This document shows, piece by piece, positions 48,625 to 58,070 of a stretch of DNA of 64,000 bases. Source of the DNA: an uncultured delta proteobacterium (GTDB taxonomy: Bacteria > Myxococcota > Myxococcia > Myxococcales > Myxococcaceae). The position numbers and the translations under genes were made by a program. The stretch covers positions 576,001 through 640,000 of the forward strand of contig CAVQKE010000003.1 in the NCBI GenBank assembly GCA_963713045.1, in the 5' to 3' direction. A model generated the notes under the pieces. That model was not told where the DNA came from. It saw nothing but the letters and a program-made list of their open reading frames with translations, and did no database searches. Position 1 is the stretch's first letter, and each line of letters opens with the position of its first letter.

Positions 48625-49472
48625 CGCCGCCAGCTGTCGAACTCACCGTCGACGGCGTGCCGGTGACAGTTCCCCAGGGCGCAACACTGTTGGCGGCTTG
48701 CGGCGCCGCCCGAATCGAAACTCCGACGCTGTGCTGGGCAGAAAATCTGACTCCGGTGAACGCTTGCCGCATCTGCGTCGTGGAAGTGGAAGGGAACCGC
48801 GCTCTCGTCCCTGCCTGCTCGCGCGTCGCGGAGCCGGGGATGAAGGTGCTTACCGACAGCCCGCGGGTGCGGCTAAGCCGGAAGCTGGTGGTCGAGCTGC
48901 TTGGCTCCTCGGTGGACATGGCACGCTCCGCTGAGTTCCAACGCTTCGCGGCGCGCTATGGAGCCCGTCCAGAGCGCTTCGGCCCAAACGCTCAGACAGT
49001 GGCCCAGCCGGTCAAAGTGGACAACCAACTCTTTGTCCGCGATTACGCCCGCTGCATCCTTTGCTACAAGTGTGTCGAGGCCTGCGGAGCGGATGCCCAA
49101 AATACATTCGCCATCGCCCTCGCCGGTCGCGGCTTCGAGGCGCGCATCGCCACGGAGCACGAAGTCGAGCTTCCGGACTCGGCCTGCGTCTTCTGTGGCA
49201 ACTGCGTCGGCGTCTGCCCCACCGGCGCACTCGTCTTCAAGACCGAGCACGATTTGCGAGCAGCCGGACAGTGGCGCGAGTCAGAGCAAACCCTGACCGA
49301 TACCATCTGCCCCTATTGCGGCGTCGGCTGTACCTTGTCGCTCCGCGTGCAGGACAACACCATCGTGCGCGTCACCTCTCCCAGCGACTCGAGTGTCACC
49401 GGCGGCCATCTCTGTGTGAAGGGCCGCTTCGGCTTCTCGTTTGTCGAGGATGCTGCACGACGGAAGGGATGA
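48621..49472 (+). CDS. Fe-S subunit equivalent to the N-terminus of FDH alpha/NuoG
   Basis: PTLC..CRICVVE..C, CILCYKCVEAC, CVFCGNCVGVCP, C-terminal CPYCGVGC..LCVKGRFG. Confidence 0.92.
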   Translation: MTPPAVELTVDGVPVTVPQGATLLAACGAARIETPTLCWAENLTPVNACRICVVEVEGNRALVPACSRVAEPGMKVLTDSPRVRLSRKLVVELLGSSVDMARSAEFQRFAARYGARPERFGPNAQTVAQPVKVDNQLFVRDYARCILCYKCVEACGADAQNTFAIALAGRGFEARIATEHEVELPDSACVFCGNCVGVCPTGALVFKTEHDLRAAGQWRESEQTLTDTICPYCGVGCTLSLRVQDNTIVRVTSPSDSSVTGGHLCVKGRFGFSFVEDAARRKG

Positions 49473-49602
49473 GCGCTCCCTCCGTTGCCGGGGGCGGCTT
49501 GGCCGCCCGTCAGCCAAAGGCTTGGCTTTTCGGCAGTTGGGGGCAAAGGCCTCAGGCTTGCACCCGAATTAAGCCCCGGAACCACCCCGGCAGGCACCGA
49601 CA

Positions 49603-51057
49603 TCACAGCTCGGCGTCCGCTTCGATTTCCACCAGTGCTTCGTCGGAGACCAGCCGGGCCTCCACCAGTGTATTTGCCGGCTGAATGTGGCCGAAGCGCT
49701 CTCCATGGGCTCGGGCCACCGCCTCCCAAGAGGCGATTTCCCTGACGAAGACGCGCGTGCGCACGACGTCCTCCAGGCGAGCCCCCAGCGACTCCAGTGC
49801 CCCTTCCAACTTGTCGATGGCGAAATGGGTCTGGGCGACGGCATCGCTGCCTCCAATGGAGCGCTGCCCATGGCTTGCCGTGGTCCCGGACACTTGAATG
49901 CGGGTTCCTTTTCGCACCGCCCGGGCATAACCGGCGATTGGCTCCCACGGGGTCCCGCTCAGGCAAAGCGTTCGGTCAGCGAGAGTCCGCGTCTGGTACG
50001 GAGCGGGAAACCCGTCCACATGGTGGCTGAGGTCGCCCGAGGCTGTGAGAAACGGAGGCCGTCGGTATTCGTCGCCGCAATCGCCCGGAATGGCCAGCAA
50101 CAACGCCTGCGCGGCGGCCAGGCTGCGCCTATCCTCGTCGTCCAGAGCGAAAGCAAAAACGCGCGCATTGTCCTCAAGGTGTGCTCGCTCGCCCAACCGT
50201 GCCCCAACGATGACTCCGGCCACCGCGGGCTCGTCGAGAATTGCCCGGCACGCCACGTTCGCCATCGAGACGCCGTGCTTTTCAGCGATGGTGTGGGTTG
50301 CGTGCAACACGCCCTGCAAACGGTCCCAGCCACCGGCGGACTGAACGAAGCGGCTGTATTTCATCAAAGACCAGGTCTGCAGGTCATGGTCCGAAGGCGC
50401 GGGGCGCCCCAGCCAGCGCTCCGTTAAAAGCCCACCGGCCAGGGTTCCGTAAGCGAGTAGCTGAACGCCCCGCTCACGGCACAGCTGTGTCATTCGGCCG
50501 CGAGCGCGGGTGTCAAGCAGCGAGAACGACACCTGGTTGGAGACAACTGGAAGACCGCTGCTGAGCGCGATGCGCAGGTGTGCGGTGTCGAAATTGGCCA
50601 CGCCAACGTGGGAAACCAGTCCCTCCTCCTGCAGCTCCTGAAGAAAAAAGAGGCAGTCCAGCCAGCTTGGGTCGCTGAAGCGCCAGGCATGGAGCTGCAG
50701 CAAGTCGACGCTGCTCACCCCCAACCGCTCGAGAGCGCGCTGGACTGCTTCCCGCACGCTTTCGCGCGTCACAGGGCCTGGCTTAGGAACCCACTTGGTC
50801 AACTGCTGGATGGCAGGAGCGGCTCCGTCGCGCAGGGCGCGAAACCGTCCGGCCACCTCTTCTGCGGAGCCGTAATGGTCCGCCATGTCGAAGCTGGTGA
50901 ACCCCGCCTCAACGTACGCCGTCATCGCTAACGCCGTCGCGTCCAAGTCGAGCGTCCGGCCATCGCGCTCCATGTCGGCGATTTGCCAAAGACCGGTGAG
51001 GACCCGTGAAATGCTCAGCCCAGGTGCTAGCTCGCGGCGCTCGATGTGAGAGCTCAT
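49603..51057 (-). CDS. Aldo/keto reductase fused to a Rid (YjgF) family domain
   Basis: GLWQ, FDMADHYGSAE, DLLQLH, GVANFD; C-terminal WE...GY.RAVR..VSGTT..VEIEA. Confidence 0.9.
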   Translation of the reverse strand: MSSHIERRELAPGLSISRVLTGLWQIADMERDGRTLDLDATALAMTAYVEAGFTSFDMADHYGSAEEVAGRFRALRDGAAPAIQQLTKWVPKPGPVTRESVREAVQRALERLGVSSVDLLQLHAWRFSDPSWLDCLFFLQELQEEGLVSHVGVANFDTAHLRIALSSGLPVVSNQVSFSLLDTRARGRMTQLCRERGVQLLAYGTLAGGLLTERWLGRPAPSDHDLQTWSLMKYSRFVQSAGGWDRLQGVLHATHTIAEKHGVSMANVACRAILDEPAVAGVIVGARLGERAHLEDNARVFAFALDDEDRRSLAAAQALLLAIPGDCGDEYRRPPFLTASGDLSHHVDGFPAPYQTRTLADRTLCLSGTPWEPIAGYARAVRKGTRIQVSGTTASHGQRSIGGSDAVAQTHFAIDKLEGALESLGARLEDVVRTRVFVREIASWEAVARAHGERFGHIQPANTLVEARLVSDEALVEIEADAEL

Positions 51058-51069
51058 TCCTTCAACCCG

Positions 51070-52536
51070 CTACTCAGGAGGGAGGCTGGCAAAGATGGCA
51101 TCGACGTTGACTCCGCGGCGCCGAAGACTGCCCACTTCGCGAGCGTAGACCACGCTGCCAACCCCCATCACCAAGAGCCACACCGGCGTACTGCGGAAGT
51201 ACCAGGCGGAGACGGGTGCAGTCAGGTCCTTCAGCGTGTGGACGACGAGCAGGGCGCCGAGCAAGACAATGCCCGCGAGGGAAAGCACCACTTGGACCCG
51301 GCGGTTCCGCACGACGCGCACCCGGCGCGCGAGCGCTGGGTTTCGGGCCGGGAGCGCCAAGACCGAACAACACATCAACAAAAAAGTGACCAGCATCGAG
51401 GTCACCAGAATGTCCACCCCCAGAAAGAAATCCCCCGCCAGGTGGCTCCCCACAATGCCCAGCGAGGCCATGGCCGCACTGGCGAGAATGGCCAAATGGG
51501 GCGTCCGGAAGCGGGGGTGAACAGCAGCCACGCTGCGAGGGAAAATCCCGTCTTCCGCCCAGGCGAACATCAGCCGTGAGACGCTGAGGAGCATCGCCGG
51601 CAAGTCCTTCGCCAGTGCCACCGCAGCACCAGCCACCACGGCCACCCGCAGGGGCGTCGGAAGAAGGACCCCCAACAGTCCTGGGGCAGAGATGTCGTGC
51701 CGAAGTGCCTCGTCGCGCACCAACCTCCAAGGGACTGCGTGGTAGACCGCAGCGGAGAACAGCACATAGAAGACTGCGACCAGTCCGATGGCGAGGCCGA
51801 TGGCCAACGGCAGGGTGCGACTGGGGTCCTTGGCTTCTCCGCCCGCCTGGGCAATCGAGTCGAAGCCGATGAAGCTGGAGAACAGAAGCGCGGCGGCGGT
51901 GAGGAAGGTCCGCACTGAGGTTTGAGCCGAGGGGGCCGGAATTTCCGGCGCCAGCGCGGCGGCACGCCGAAAATCCTCCGGACCGAACCAGAAACCCGCC
52001 ACGATGAGCACTCCGCTCAGGACGAACGTCAATGCCAGCAACGGCACGAGAACGCGCTGGTACATTTTGACGCCGCGCAAATTCACCAGCGCGAAACCCC
52101 ACAACACGAGAAGCGGAATCGCCAACCGCGCGGGGCCTTCTTCGAACGTCGCTGCGATGCGGACAACGCCAGCCGCGAGCGCCACATCACGCAGGAAAGG
52201 AACCAAGAGGTAGCTCACCACGCCGATGGCGACGCACAGGGAAAACCATTGGGAGAAGCTGGCGATGAAGCCCAGGTAGGGGTTCAGCGCGCGGCTCGCG
52301 TAAACATAGCTTCCGCCGGCGCGGGGCATGGCCGAGGCGAGCACGGCATAAGCAATGCCAGCCAGGACCGCCGGGCCCGCGGCGACCAGGAAGGCCGGCA
52401 ACACGTTTCCACCAATTCCCGGGACGTGCCGCTGAATCATGAAGGGCACCACGTTGATGCCCGCACCAACCATCGACGCAATCCCGGTGGCGGTGAGCCC
52501 GACCAAGCCCATCTCGCGCACCAGACCGGAAGGCAT
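51070..52536 (-). CDS. APC family amino acid permease
   Basis: MVGAGI, MPRAGGSYVY, FIGFD....GGEAKDP, HPRFRTP. Confidence 0.93.
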   Translation of the reverse strand: MPSGLVREMGLVGLTATGIASMVGAGINVVPFMIQRHVPGIGGNVLPAFLVAAGPAVLAGIAYAVLASAMPRAGGSYVYASRALNPYLGFIASFSQWFSLCVAIGVVSYLLVPFLRDVALAAGVVRIAATFEEGPARLAIPLLVLWGFALVNLRGVKMYQRVLVPLLALTFVLSGVLIVAGFWFGPEDFRRAAALAPEIPAPSAQTSVRTFLTAAALLFSSFIGFDSIAQAGGEAKDPSRTLPLAIGLAIGLVAVFYVLFSAAVYHAVPWRLVRDEALRHDISAPGLLGVLLPTPLRVAVVAGAAVALAKDLPAMLLSVSRLMFAWAEDGIFPRSVAAVHPRFRTPHLAILASAAMASLGIVGSHLAGDFFLGVDILVTSMLVTFLLMCCSVLALPARNPALARRVRVVRNRRVQVVLSLAGIVLLGALLVVHTLKDLTAPVSAWYFRSTPVWLLVMGVGSVVYAREVGSLRRRGVNVDAIFASLPPE

Positions 52537-52668
52537 CGCCTCACTCTGTGCAGCTGCGAATCGAGCGAGCAAGCAATTTGCTGAGCGGCCGACGAAGCCT
52601 CCGGCGTCGGCTGGCCTGCCATGTCGGTTCCGCTTGTCCTCGGCCGCTCGACACCGGAAGCTCGCGCG

Positions 52669-54855
52669 ATGCAAGCTGGATTGGCCTCGCTCCTCCCACT
52701 GGCAGCGCTTTGGACGCAGCTCAGTCCAGTCGAAGCAGGCGCCCAAGCTGTGCCGCCCCTGACGGTCGAGCGCATCGTCTCTCGCGCCCCAGCTCTCTTT
52801 GGAACTGCGCCCACTTCCCCAGCCTGGTCGCCCGACGGAACCCAACTTGGCTTCTTGTGGAATGACCAGGCGATGCCAGCGCGCGACGTCTGGCTCGTCG
52901 ACCGGCAGGGCGGCCCTCCTCGCCGGCTGACGCAGGCCACGGTCGGCGGCGACAGCGGAGTGTCCGAGTTTGTTTGGGCACCCGGCGGCTTCGTCCTTTA
53001 CCTCGCCGGGAACGAAATCCATCGCGTTCCGACGGCCGGTGGCCCAGACGTAACGCAGCTGCGGAAGGGGGACGGAGAGCGGACCGGCCTGTCGCTCTCC
53101 CCCGATGGCACCACAGTCGGCTTCCTCCAAGGCGGGGACCTCTGGCTCATGCCGCTCGCCGGGGGGCCGGCTGTCCAGGCGACGCACGTGGGCCTCAAGC
53201 CAATTGGCAAAATCCCCTTGGGCGTCTACTACCACCCGGACGTCGAAATCGGCGGCGCCGATTGGGGTGACACCGCCGCCTATGCCTGGTCAGCGGACAG
53301 CAAACTCATCGCCGTGCATTACGTCGACCGGCGAAATGTTCGTCGCTTCCCCATCCCGTACTACCTGACGCCCGACGCCACCCTCAACGAGCTTCGTCGA
53401 GCCTCGCCCGGCGACGTCAATGAATTGCGGATGGTGGGCATCCTGGACGTCGCCACGCGCAGCTTGCGCCTGCTCGAGCTGCCCAGTCCCTCCAGCTCAC
53501 ACATTGTCGGCTTCGCCTGGTCGTCGAAAGGACCGCTGCTCATCGACCGGGAGACAGATGATTGCGTCGATAGGAGCCTGACCCTCTTCGAGCCGAAGAG
53601 CTGGACCCTGCGCAATGTCTGGGCCGACCATGGAGATACCCGTATCTTCAATGCGGTGGCCAGCGCCTGGCACCCGGACGGCGTGAGGATTCTCCTCACC
53701 GGCGATTTGGACGACCGCTATCGCCTCTACCTACTGACACCGGGCGAGGCGCGACCGACGCCGCTGACGTCCGGCCCTTACGACGTGGACGGCCCAGCGA
53801 TCGCCGGACCGGACTGGCGGTTCATCTACTATGTGTCGACGGAGCCACTTCCCGAGGAACGGCAGGTCTGGCGGATTCCTCGGGAGGGGGGAAAAGCGGA
53901 GCGCATCAGTACCCTTGCCGGGACCAATTCGCCCTTCGTTTCCCCAGACGGGACGACCGTCGCCTTCCTCCACAGCGATGACCGCGCTCCTCCGGAGCTG
54001 TACCTGGGACAATGGCGGGTCACCCATTCCCCGCCCGCGGCATTCAACCGGACCGCGTGGGCCACCGTGCGCTATGCGACCTTCCACGGAAGCACCGCCG
54101 GCGTGGATTTACATGCCCGCATTCTCGAGCCAGCAAATCTGGACCGCACCAAACGTTACCCCGTCATTTTTGGGCCGGTGTACTCCAACACCGTCCGCAA
54201 CCGCTGGGTGTCACGTTGGGAAGGGCTGATGCAACTGCTGGCGCAGCACGGTTACATCCTGGTCCAGGTCGACTCGCGCGGAAGCACCGGCTACGGACGC
54301 GCTTTCCGGGAGAAATTTCTCTCGCAGTGGGGAAACTCGGACTTGGACGACTACCAGGACGCGGTGACCTACATGAAGTCACTTCCGTACGTTGACCCGG
54401 AACGCATCGGCATCTTCGGAAGCAGCTATGGCGGCCTTCTCACCGTCTTTGCACTCTTCAAGAGGCCTGGGCTCTTTGCTGCCGGAGTCGCTGCCGCGCC
54501 AGCCACCGACCCGCGCTACTTCGGCAGCGACGATGTGGCTCACTCGCGGACGCCGTCTACAAACCGTGAGCTCTTCGAAAACGGCCGGGCCGTTCTGTAC
54601 GCGAAAAATCTGCGGGACCATCTGCTCATCATTCACGGCATGGCGGACGACGTGGTGCCGTTTCAGACGTCGGTCATGCTGGCCGAGGAGCTCATCCACC
54701 AGCACAAGGACTTCGACTTTGCGTTTTCCCCCACCGCGACGCACGCCTGGGCCGCCCGCCCCGATGATGCCATCTACCTCTTCGGAAAGTTGATTGCCCA
54801 TTTCGACCGCTGGCTCGGGCCGGGCCCAGCCGTCCCAACGGTGAGCCCGCGATGA
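52669..54855 (+). CDS. S9 family (DPP IV-like) peptidase, secreted
   Basis: WSPDG propeller repeats; GSSYGG, HGMADD.V, C-terminal His. Confidence 0.92.
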   Translation: MQAGLASLLPLAALWTQLSPVEAGAQAVPPLTVERIVSRAPALFGTAPTSPAWSPDGTQLGFLWNDQAMPARDVWLVDRQGGPPRRLTQATVGGDSGVSEFVWAPGGFVLYLAGNEIHRVPTAGGPDVTQLRKGDGERTGLSLSPDGTTVGFLQGGDLWLMPLAGGPAVQATHVGLKPIGKIPLGVYYHPDVEIGGADWGDTAAYAWSADSKLIAVHYVDRRNVRRFPIPYYLTPDATLNELRRASPGDVNELRMVGILDVATRSLRLLELPSPSSSHIVGFAWSSKGPLLIDRETDDCVDRSLTLFEPKSWTLRNVWADHGDTRIFNAVASAWHPDGVRILLTGDLDDRYRLYLLTPGEARPTPLTSGPYDVDGPAIAGPDWRFIYYVSTEPLPEERQVWRIPREGGKAERISTLAGTNSPFVSPDGTTVAFLHSDDRAPPELYLGQWRVTHSPPAAFNRTAWATVRYATFHGSTAGVDLHARILEPANLDRTKRYPVIFGPVYSNTVRNRWVSRWEGLMQLLAQHGYILVQVDSRGSTGYGRAFREKFLSQWGNSDLDDYQDAVTYMKSLPYVDPERIGIFGSSYGGLLTVFALFKRPGLFAAGVAAAPATDPRYFGSDDVAHSRTPSTNRELFENGRAVLYAKNLRDHLLIIHGMADDVVPFQTSVMLAEELIHQHKDFDFAFSPTATHAWAARPDDAIYLFGKLIAHFDRWLGPGPAVPTVSPR

Positions 54856-56540
54856 TTGGACTTGGCCTGGTTCTGCTGGCTGCCGGTCCAGCCAGCTGCC
54901 CCCCGTTCGAGGAGTTCGCCGCACGCGTCTGGGAGTTTCGGGCCCGGACCATGCCGTTTAGCTTGGACGACATTCCACGTCTGGAGCGCCCGGCAGGCCT
55001 GGTGCGTTCATGGTCCAGGACCAGCGTCGAGGGGCAACGCGCGGAGCTGAAAGCCCTCTCGGAATGCCTGGCAGTGGCCACCGCGCAGGAGTCCACCTGG
55101 CCGGTCGCTCGCCGGGTTGACGTGCGCCTCATTCGGTCCACCCTCGCGCGGGTCCGTTGGGAACTTGACGTCAATCGCCGCTGGGAGCGCGACCCCATTT
55201 TTTATGTCGAGCAAGCACTGACACCGGTGCTGGAGCTGCTGGTTGAGCCTCCCCCTCTGGACGCGGCCCGTGGACGCGAGCTCCTAGTACGCCTGGGCAA
55301 CATCCCGGAGCTGATGAGGAACGCCGAGGCCAACCTCGACGCTGGTGTTCAGCTCTTCGCAGAACTTGCCCTGGGCCTGCTCACGGACATTGGACCGAAG
55401 TTGGAGCGGGTAGAGGCCGGGGTTGCCCCCTTGCTGCCGAAGGAGGTGTCTCGGAGCGAGTTGTCCCGGATGCGTCGCGCGGCCACCGAGGCTTTGGAGA
55501 CCTATCGCGCCTGGCTCACCAAGCACGGCCCGTTGATGCGCGGGCGCGCCAGCATCGGCCGAGAGGCCTATGTCTTTTTCCTCCAGCAGGTCGCGCTCAT
55601 TCCGTATTCACCCGAGCAGTTGCTGGCCATGGCCCAGCAGGAATGGGAACGCTCCGTCGCCGCCGAGGCCGTCGAGCTCCAGCGCAACGTCGGGCTCCCA
55701 CCGCTGGCGTACATTCCGTCGCTTGAGTTGCAACGCATTCGCTACCGCGAGGACGAGGCTGCCATTCGGAAGTTTCTCGAGGAGCGTGGAATTCTGTCTG
55801 TCCCGGCTACGCTTCGTCATTTCACGGTTCAGCCAATTCCTGACTACCTCGACGCGCTGGGCGACTTTGGCGAACAGGATTGGTTCACCAGCCCTTCGAA
55901 GCTCGACCACGACGGGGTGCGGTGGCTCTATCCACCCGGCCCGAAGCTGGGATATTTCGGCCGGGCCACCGCACGCGATCCGCGGCCCATCATTACGCAC
56001 GAGGGTGTGCCCGGGCACTATTTTCAGCTGGCCCTGTCTTGGCGGCACCCGGACGCAATTCGCCGGCACTACTACGACTCGGGGCCCAACGAGGGACTCG
56101 GCTTCTATTCTGAAGAGTTGATGATGCAGGCGGGCCTGTACGATGACAGTCCCCGGACGCGCGAGCTCATCTGGGGCCTCAGCCGCTTACGCGCGGCTCG
56201 CGTCTACGTCGACATCAAGCTCGCGCTCGGGGAGCTCACACTGGAACAGGCCGCGGCGTACCTCGCGGAACGTGGCCCAATGGACGCGCCAACGGCCCAC
56301 CGCGAAGCGGCATCGTTCTCAGTCGCCCCCGGTCAGGCGATGACGTACCAAACCGGCAAGCTGCAGATAGAGAGGCTCCTGGCCGGGGCGCGCCTTCGTC
56401 AGGGAAATGGCTTCTCGCTGCGCCGCTTCAACGACACCCTGTGGCTCAACGGCAACGTGCCCTTGTCGCTTCAGAGATGGGAGCTTCTCGGCCTCGATGA
56501 CGAGGTGCGTGCTCTGGACGCGGCCAGTCAGCCCCGCTAG
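54852..56540 (+). CDS. DUF885 family protein
   Basis: HEGVPGH..Q, EG.G.YSE, R.AR...D, PGQA.TY..G. Confidence 0.88.
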   Translation: MIGLGLVLLAAGPASCPPFEEFAARVWEFRARTMPFSLDDIPRLERPAGLVRSWSRTSVEGQRAELKALSECLAVATAQESTWPVARRVDVRLIRSTLARVRWELDVNRRWERDPIFYVEQALTPVLELLVEPPPLDAARGRELLVRLGNIPELMRNAEANLDAGVQLFAELALGLLTDIGPKLERVEAGVAPLLPKEVSRSELSRMRRAATEALETYRAWLTKHGPLMRGRASIGREAYVFFLQQVALIPYSPEQLLAMAQQEWERSVAAEAVELQRNVGLPPLAYIPSLELQRIRYREDEAAIRKFLEERGILSVPATLRHFTVQPIPDYLDALGDFGEQDWFTSPSKLDHDGVRWLYPPGPKLGYFGRATARDPRPIITHEGVPGHYFQLALSWRHPDAIRRHYYDSGPNEGLGFYSEELMMQAGLYDDSPRTRELIWGLSRLRAARVYVDIKLALGELTLEQAAAYLAERGPMDAPTAHREAASFSVAPGQAMTYQTGKLQIERLLAGARLRQGNGFSLRRFNDTLWLNGNVPLSLQRWELLGLDDEVRALDAASQPR

Positions 56541-56546
56541 TCCAAG

Positions 56547-57230
56547 CTACAGGACGAGGACCAGCCCGGCAGAGAACGCCCCCTCTACACAGGGAATGCC
56601 CGCCGAGACAACCAGGACCGACGCCCCGTTTCCTGCATAGAAGCTTCCGCCGGTGATGTAGACGGGCACGAGAATGCGTGCTTGCAGCACCACCGACAAG
56701 CCATCGACGAGGCGGAATCGAATTCCCGCTCCGAGCGTGAAGGCGGCTCGCCAGGTGTCGTGAACGTCGAGGCGTTGGCCTCCACCCAAAAGAATGGCTC
56801 CGGGGGAAAGAAGCACCGCCCCCACCGTGGCGTCGCCAAAGCATTCAAAGTCGGCGCAGCGGATGCTCTTCGTGAGTCCCAGCTGGAAGTAGCTGATGTC
56901 TAGGTGGTCTTGGCCACTCGATGATGGGCCCGTCGACGAGACGAGGTGCGCCTCGGTACTGGTCAGAGTCCACAGCAGCTCGAATTCGAGCTCTGGGTCG
57001 ACGGCCAGCGTCAGCGCCGCTCCGTAGCTCGGAGCTGGGTCGATGCTCACGCTTCCTCCAGCGGTGTAGACCGAGCTGGTCACCTGAAGGCCCGCCCAGG
57101 CGGAGAGGCTGACAGGGCCCTGGGGCTCGACAGGCTGTGCGACTGCAGCCGAGGGCATGGCCAGAAGCCCGACCCCGACCAGGAGCATGTGCGCCGGAGT
57201 AAGTGTGCCTCGCTGGCCGTGGAAGCGCAC
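56547..57230 (-). CDS. Outer-membrane beta-barrel protein
   Basis: Signal peptide, alternating beta strands, C-terminal FSAGLVLVL; start uncertain. Confidence 0.65.
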   Translation of the reverse strand: MRFHGQRGTLTPAHMLLVGVGLLAMPSAAVAQPVEPQGPVSLSAWAGLQVTSSVYTAGGSVSIDPAPSYGAALTLAVDPELEFELLWTLTSTEAHLVSSTGPSSSGQDHLDISYFQLGLTKSIRCADFECFGDATVGAVLLSPGAILLGGGQRLDVHDTWRAAFTLGAGIRFRLVDGLSVVLQARILVPVYITGGSFYAGNGASVLVVSAGIPCVEGAFSAGLVLVL

Positions 57231-57342
57231 TGGGAAGCCAGAGCTTACGCCAACCCGTCGCGGCGCGTCGGCCGCCTGCCGCGACGCAAACTCGCGTCGG
57301 CCAGTGGGCGCGGCTCATCGTTCGAGCAGTTTCGCCGGACGC

Positions 57343-57530
57343 CGGCGGCCGCGTCCTCGACGCCCACGGACGGCAGCCAGTGGCACACACCTGGTGGTGC
57401 AATAGCTCGGAACCCGCATCTTCCAGTCCGCTGAACCGGACCGAAGGGCGACTTCCAACTGAAGCAGCTCACGAAAGGCGAGTACGAGCTGACCATCGTG
57501 CTGGCAGCTGACGCCTGGTCTGTCACTTCT
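57343..57530 (+). pseudogene. Frameshifted carboxypeptidase-regulatory-like domain remnant
   Basis: GRVLDAHGRQPV, then in another frame TGPKGDFQLKQLTKGEYELTIV. Confidence 0.4.
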
Positions 57531-58070
57531 CTTGGCAGGAGAATGCAGCCTCGCTCGGGACGCTGAAACTGCTGGACTCTGCTCCTACCAGCACGCAGCA
57601 AGGCCGTGGCACAGACCACTGAGGCATCTTCAGTGCGGGCCGGTGGTGTCGCCCCGAATGCGAGTTCCCTGCGCCGCCTATAGGGCTGTCTCACGTCGAA
57701 GACACCGAAAGGCCTGCACCAGCGCCCTTGCGGTGTTCCGGTGCAGGTGAAGCGAGCTCATCGTCGTCTGGGTCGATGCGGTGACTTTGGCTCAGGGCTC
57801 TCCACCTGAGGCAGTGCCTAGGCGACGGACGGCGCCGAGTAGACACGTTTAAAACAGCCATCACATTCGGCCATGATGAATGCGAATCTTGCGCGAGGTT
57901 GCGGAACCGGCGCCTGCTTTGCGGCTCCACGACAGGAAAGCGCGGGCGGCCGCCTCGTCTTAATCCTCCGCGTCGGGGCGTCGGTCTCCACGTCGAAATG
58001 GGTTGCGAACTCGGACGCGGTGGTTATTTCTCGGCCGTTCGTTTGGGTTTGGCTCTGGAGGGCAATCCCG

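Noticed and set aside
46786..49472. Respiratory complex I (nuo) operon
   Set aside because: No membrane or other nuo subunits; the context is FDH
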